From Octopus vulgaris (lineage: Eukaryota): a stretch of 64,000 nucleotides of DNA. Below, piece by piece: positions 62,921 through 64,000 of the stretch. The stretch's first letter is position 1. Each line of letters begins with the position of its first letter. The position numbers and the translations under genes are program-made. The notes under the pieces were generated by a model, which was given only the letters and a program-made list of their open reading frames with translations, had not been told where the DNA came from and made no database searches. Location of the stretch: the NCBI GenBank assembly GCA_951406725.2, contig OX597829.1, positions 18,786,001 through 18,850,000 on the forward strand, given 5' to 3'.

Positions 62921-63539
62921 ACAGACAAGTATTATTTATCCTGAATGTTATAACTGAAATCATAAACAACAAAAATTAGATAAAAGTACATCAGAAATTA
63001 AGGTGGTGGGGGGGGGTATAAAAAAAAAGAAAACAAAAAACAGGAAAAAAAAAAGAAAAAGTTAAAAGCAATTAAAAAATTTTCCTCTGGGATAAAGGAA
63101 AACGTGTTTCTTGTAATTCATTTCTTCTTCTTTCCTTCCTTCCTTTCTTCTTTCCTTCCACATTCCTACTTGAAAAGCAACAAACTACAGTGAAGCCCAA
63201 TATTTAATAACATTTCAAACAGTGCAGCGTTTTCTAGATATATTTATCAGAGCCCCTCTCTGCTATTTTTAGAAGGGTGAGGTCAAACGAGAAAGGGAAT
63301 CATCAGTTGAATCCCCACCCCCCCACCGCAGTTATTTTTAGCTTTCTCTTAGAAACATGTATGATTCTGAAGATATGATAGTAAAATGGAGACGGTGGTG
63401 GGGTGGGGTGGGGGCCAGGCAGGGAGGGAGGGAGGGTTGCTTCAAAAAGAAATGGAAATGAAGATCTCAAAAATGATAACTAAACCTTTAAAAAAAAGTC
63501 TTTAAAGGAGCAGCAAGCAAACAGTTGATTCTGTGCAAA

Positions 63540-63540
63540 A

Positions 63541-63599
<59 letters not shown>

Positions 63600-63690
63600 G
63601 GTGGTGGTGGTGGTGGTGGTGGTGGTGATGATGGTGATGGTGGTGGTGGTGTTGGTGGTGGAGATGATGATGATGATGAGGATGATGATG
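63540..63690. repeat. (GAT)n(GGT)n microsatellite
   Basis: Seen directly. Confidence 0.95.
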
Positions 63691-63930
63691 GCACAAGGCC
63701 AGCAGTTTCAGGGGAGGGGATAAGTTGATTACATTGACTCCCCAGGATGCAACAGGTACTTATTTTATCAACCCCGAAAAGATGAAAGGCAAAGTTGACC
63801 TTGGCGGAATTTGAACTCAGACCATAAAAGATGGGTGAAATACCACTAAACATTTTGCCCAGTGTACTAACGATTCTGCCAGCTCTCCACCTCAATAGGC
63901 AAAGTTGACCTAGGCAGAATTTGAACTTAT
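63690..63930 (-). mobile_element. SINE family B
   Basis: GATGAAAGGCAAAGTTGACCTTGGCGGAATTTGAAC...GATTCTGCCAGCTC. Confidence 0.8.
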
Positions 63931-64000
63931 AATAATCATAATAATAATAATAATAATAATAATGATGATGATGATGATGATGATAACAAGAGCACTCTTG

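Overview
Repeat-dominated, AT-rich eukaryotic DNA with no host protein-coding exon I can support. The SINE families and microsatellite landscape resemble an octopus/coleoid cephalopod genome (recognised from memory, not database-checked). Nearly all ORFs in the track are artefacts of SINEs or simple repeats. Real coding remnants are all transposon-derived: a Tx1/L1-type LINE with both ends, ORF1 and endonuclease but no RT, inserted in (TAA)n (10.1-13.8 kb); a full-length decayed DD34D mariner (14.6-15.9 kb); a DD37D element; RTE, R4/Dong-like and Penelope (Naiad-like GIY-YIG) fragments; non-autonomous Helitrons; and TTAA MITEs. The main signal not shown by the ORF track is a set of at least five short repeat families, plus weaker remnants, that carry minimal type I hammerhead-ribozyme motifs, often in inverted or tandem pairs. 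Their cores differ by compensatory changes at the 3-8 base pair (C3-G8, G3-C8, U3-A8), and one family sits behind a tRNA-like Pol III head. Coordinates of decayed repeats are approximate; ribozyme activity is inferred from motif only.
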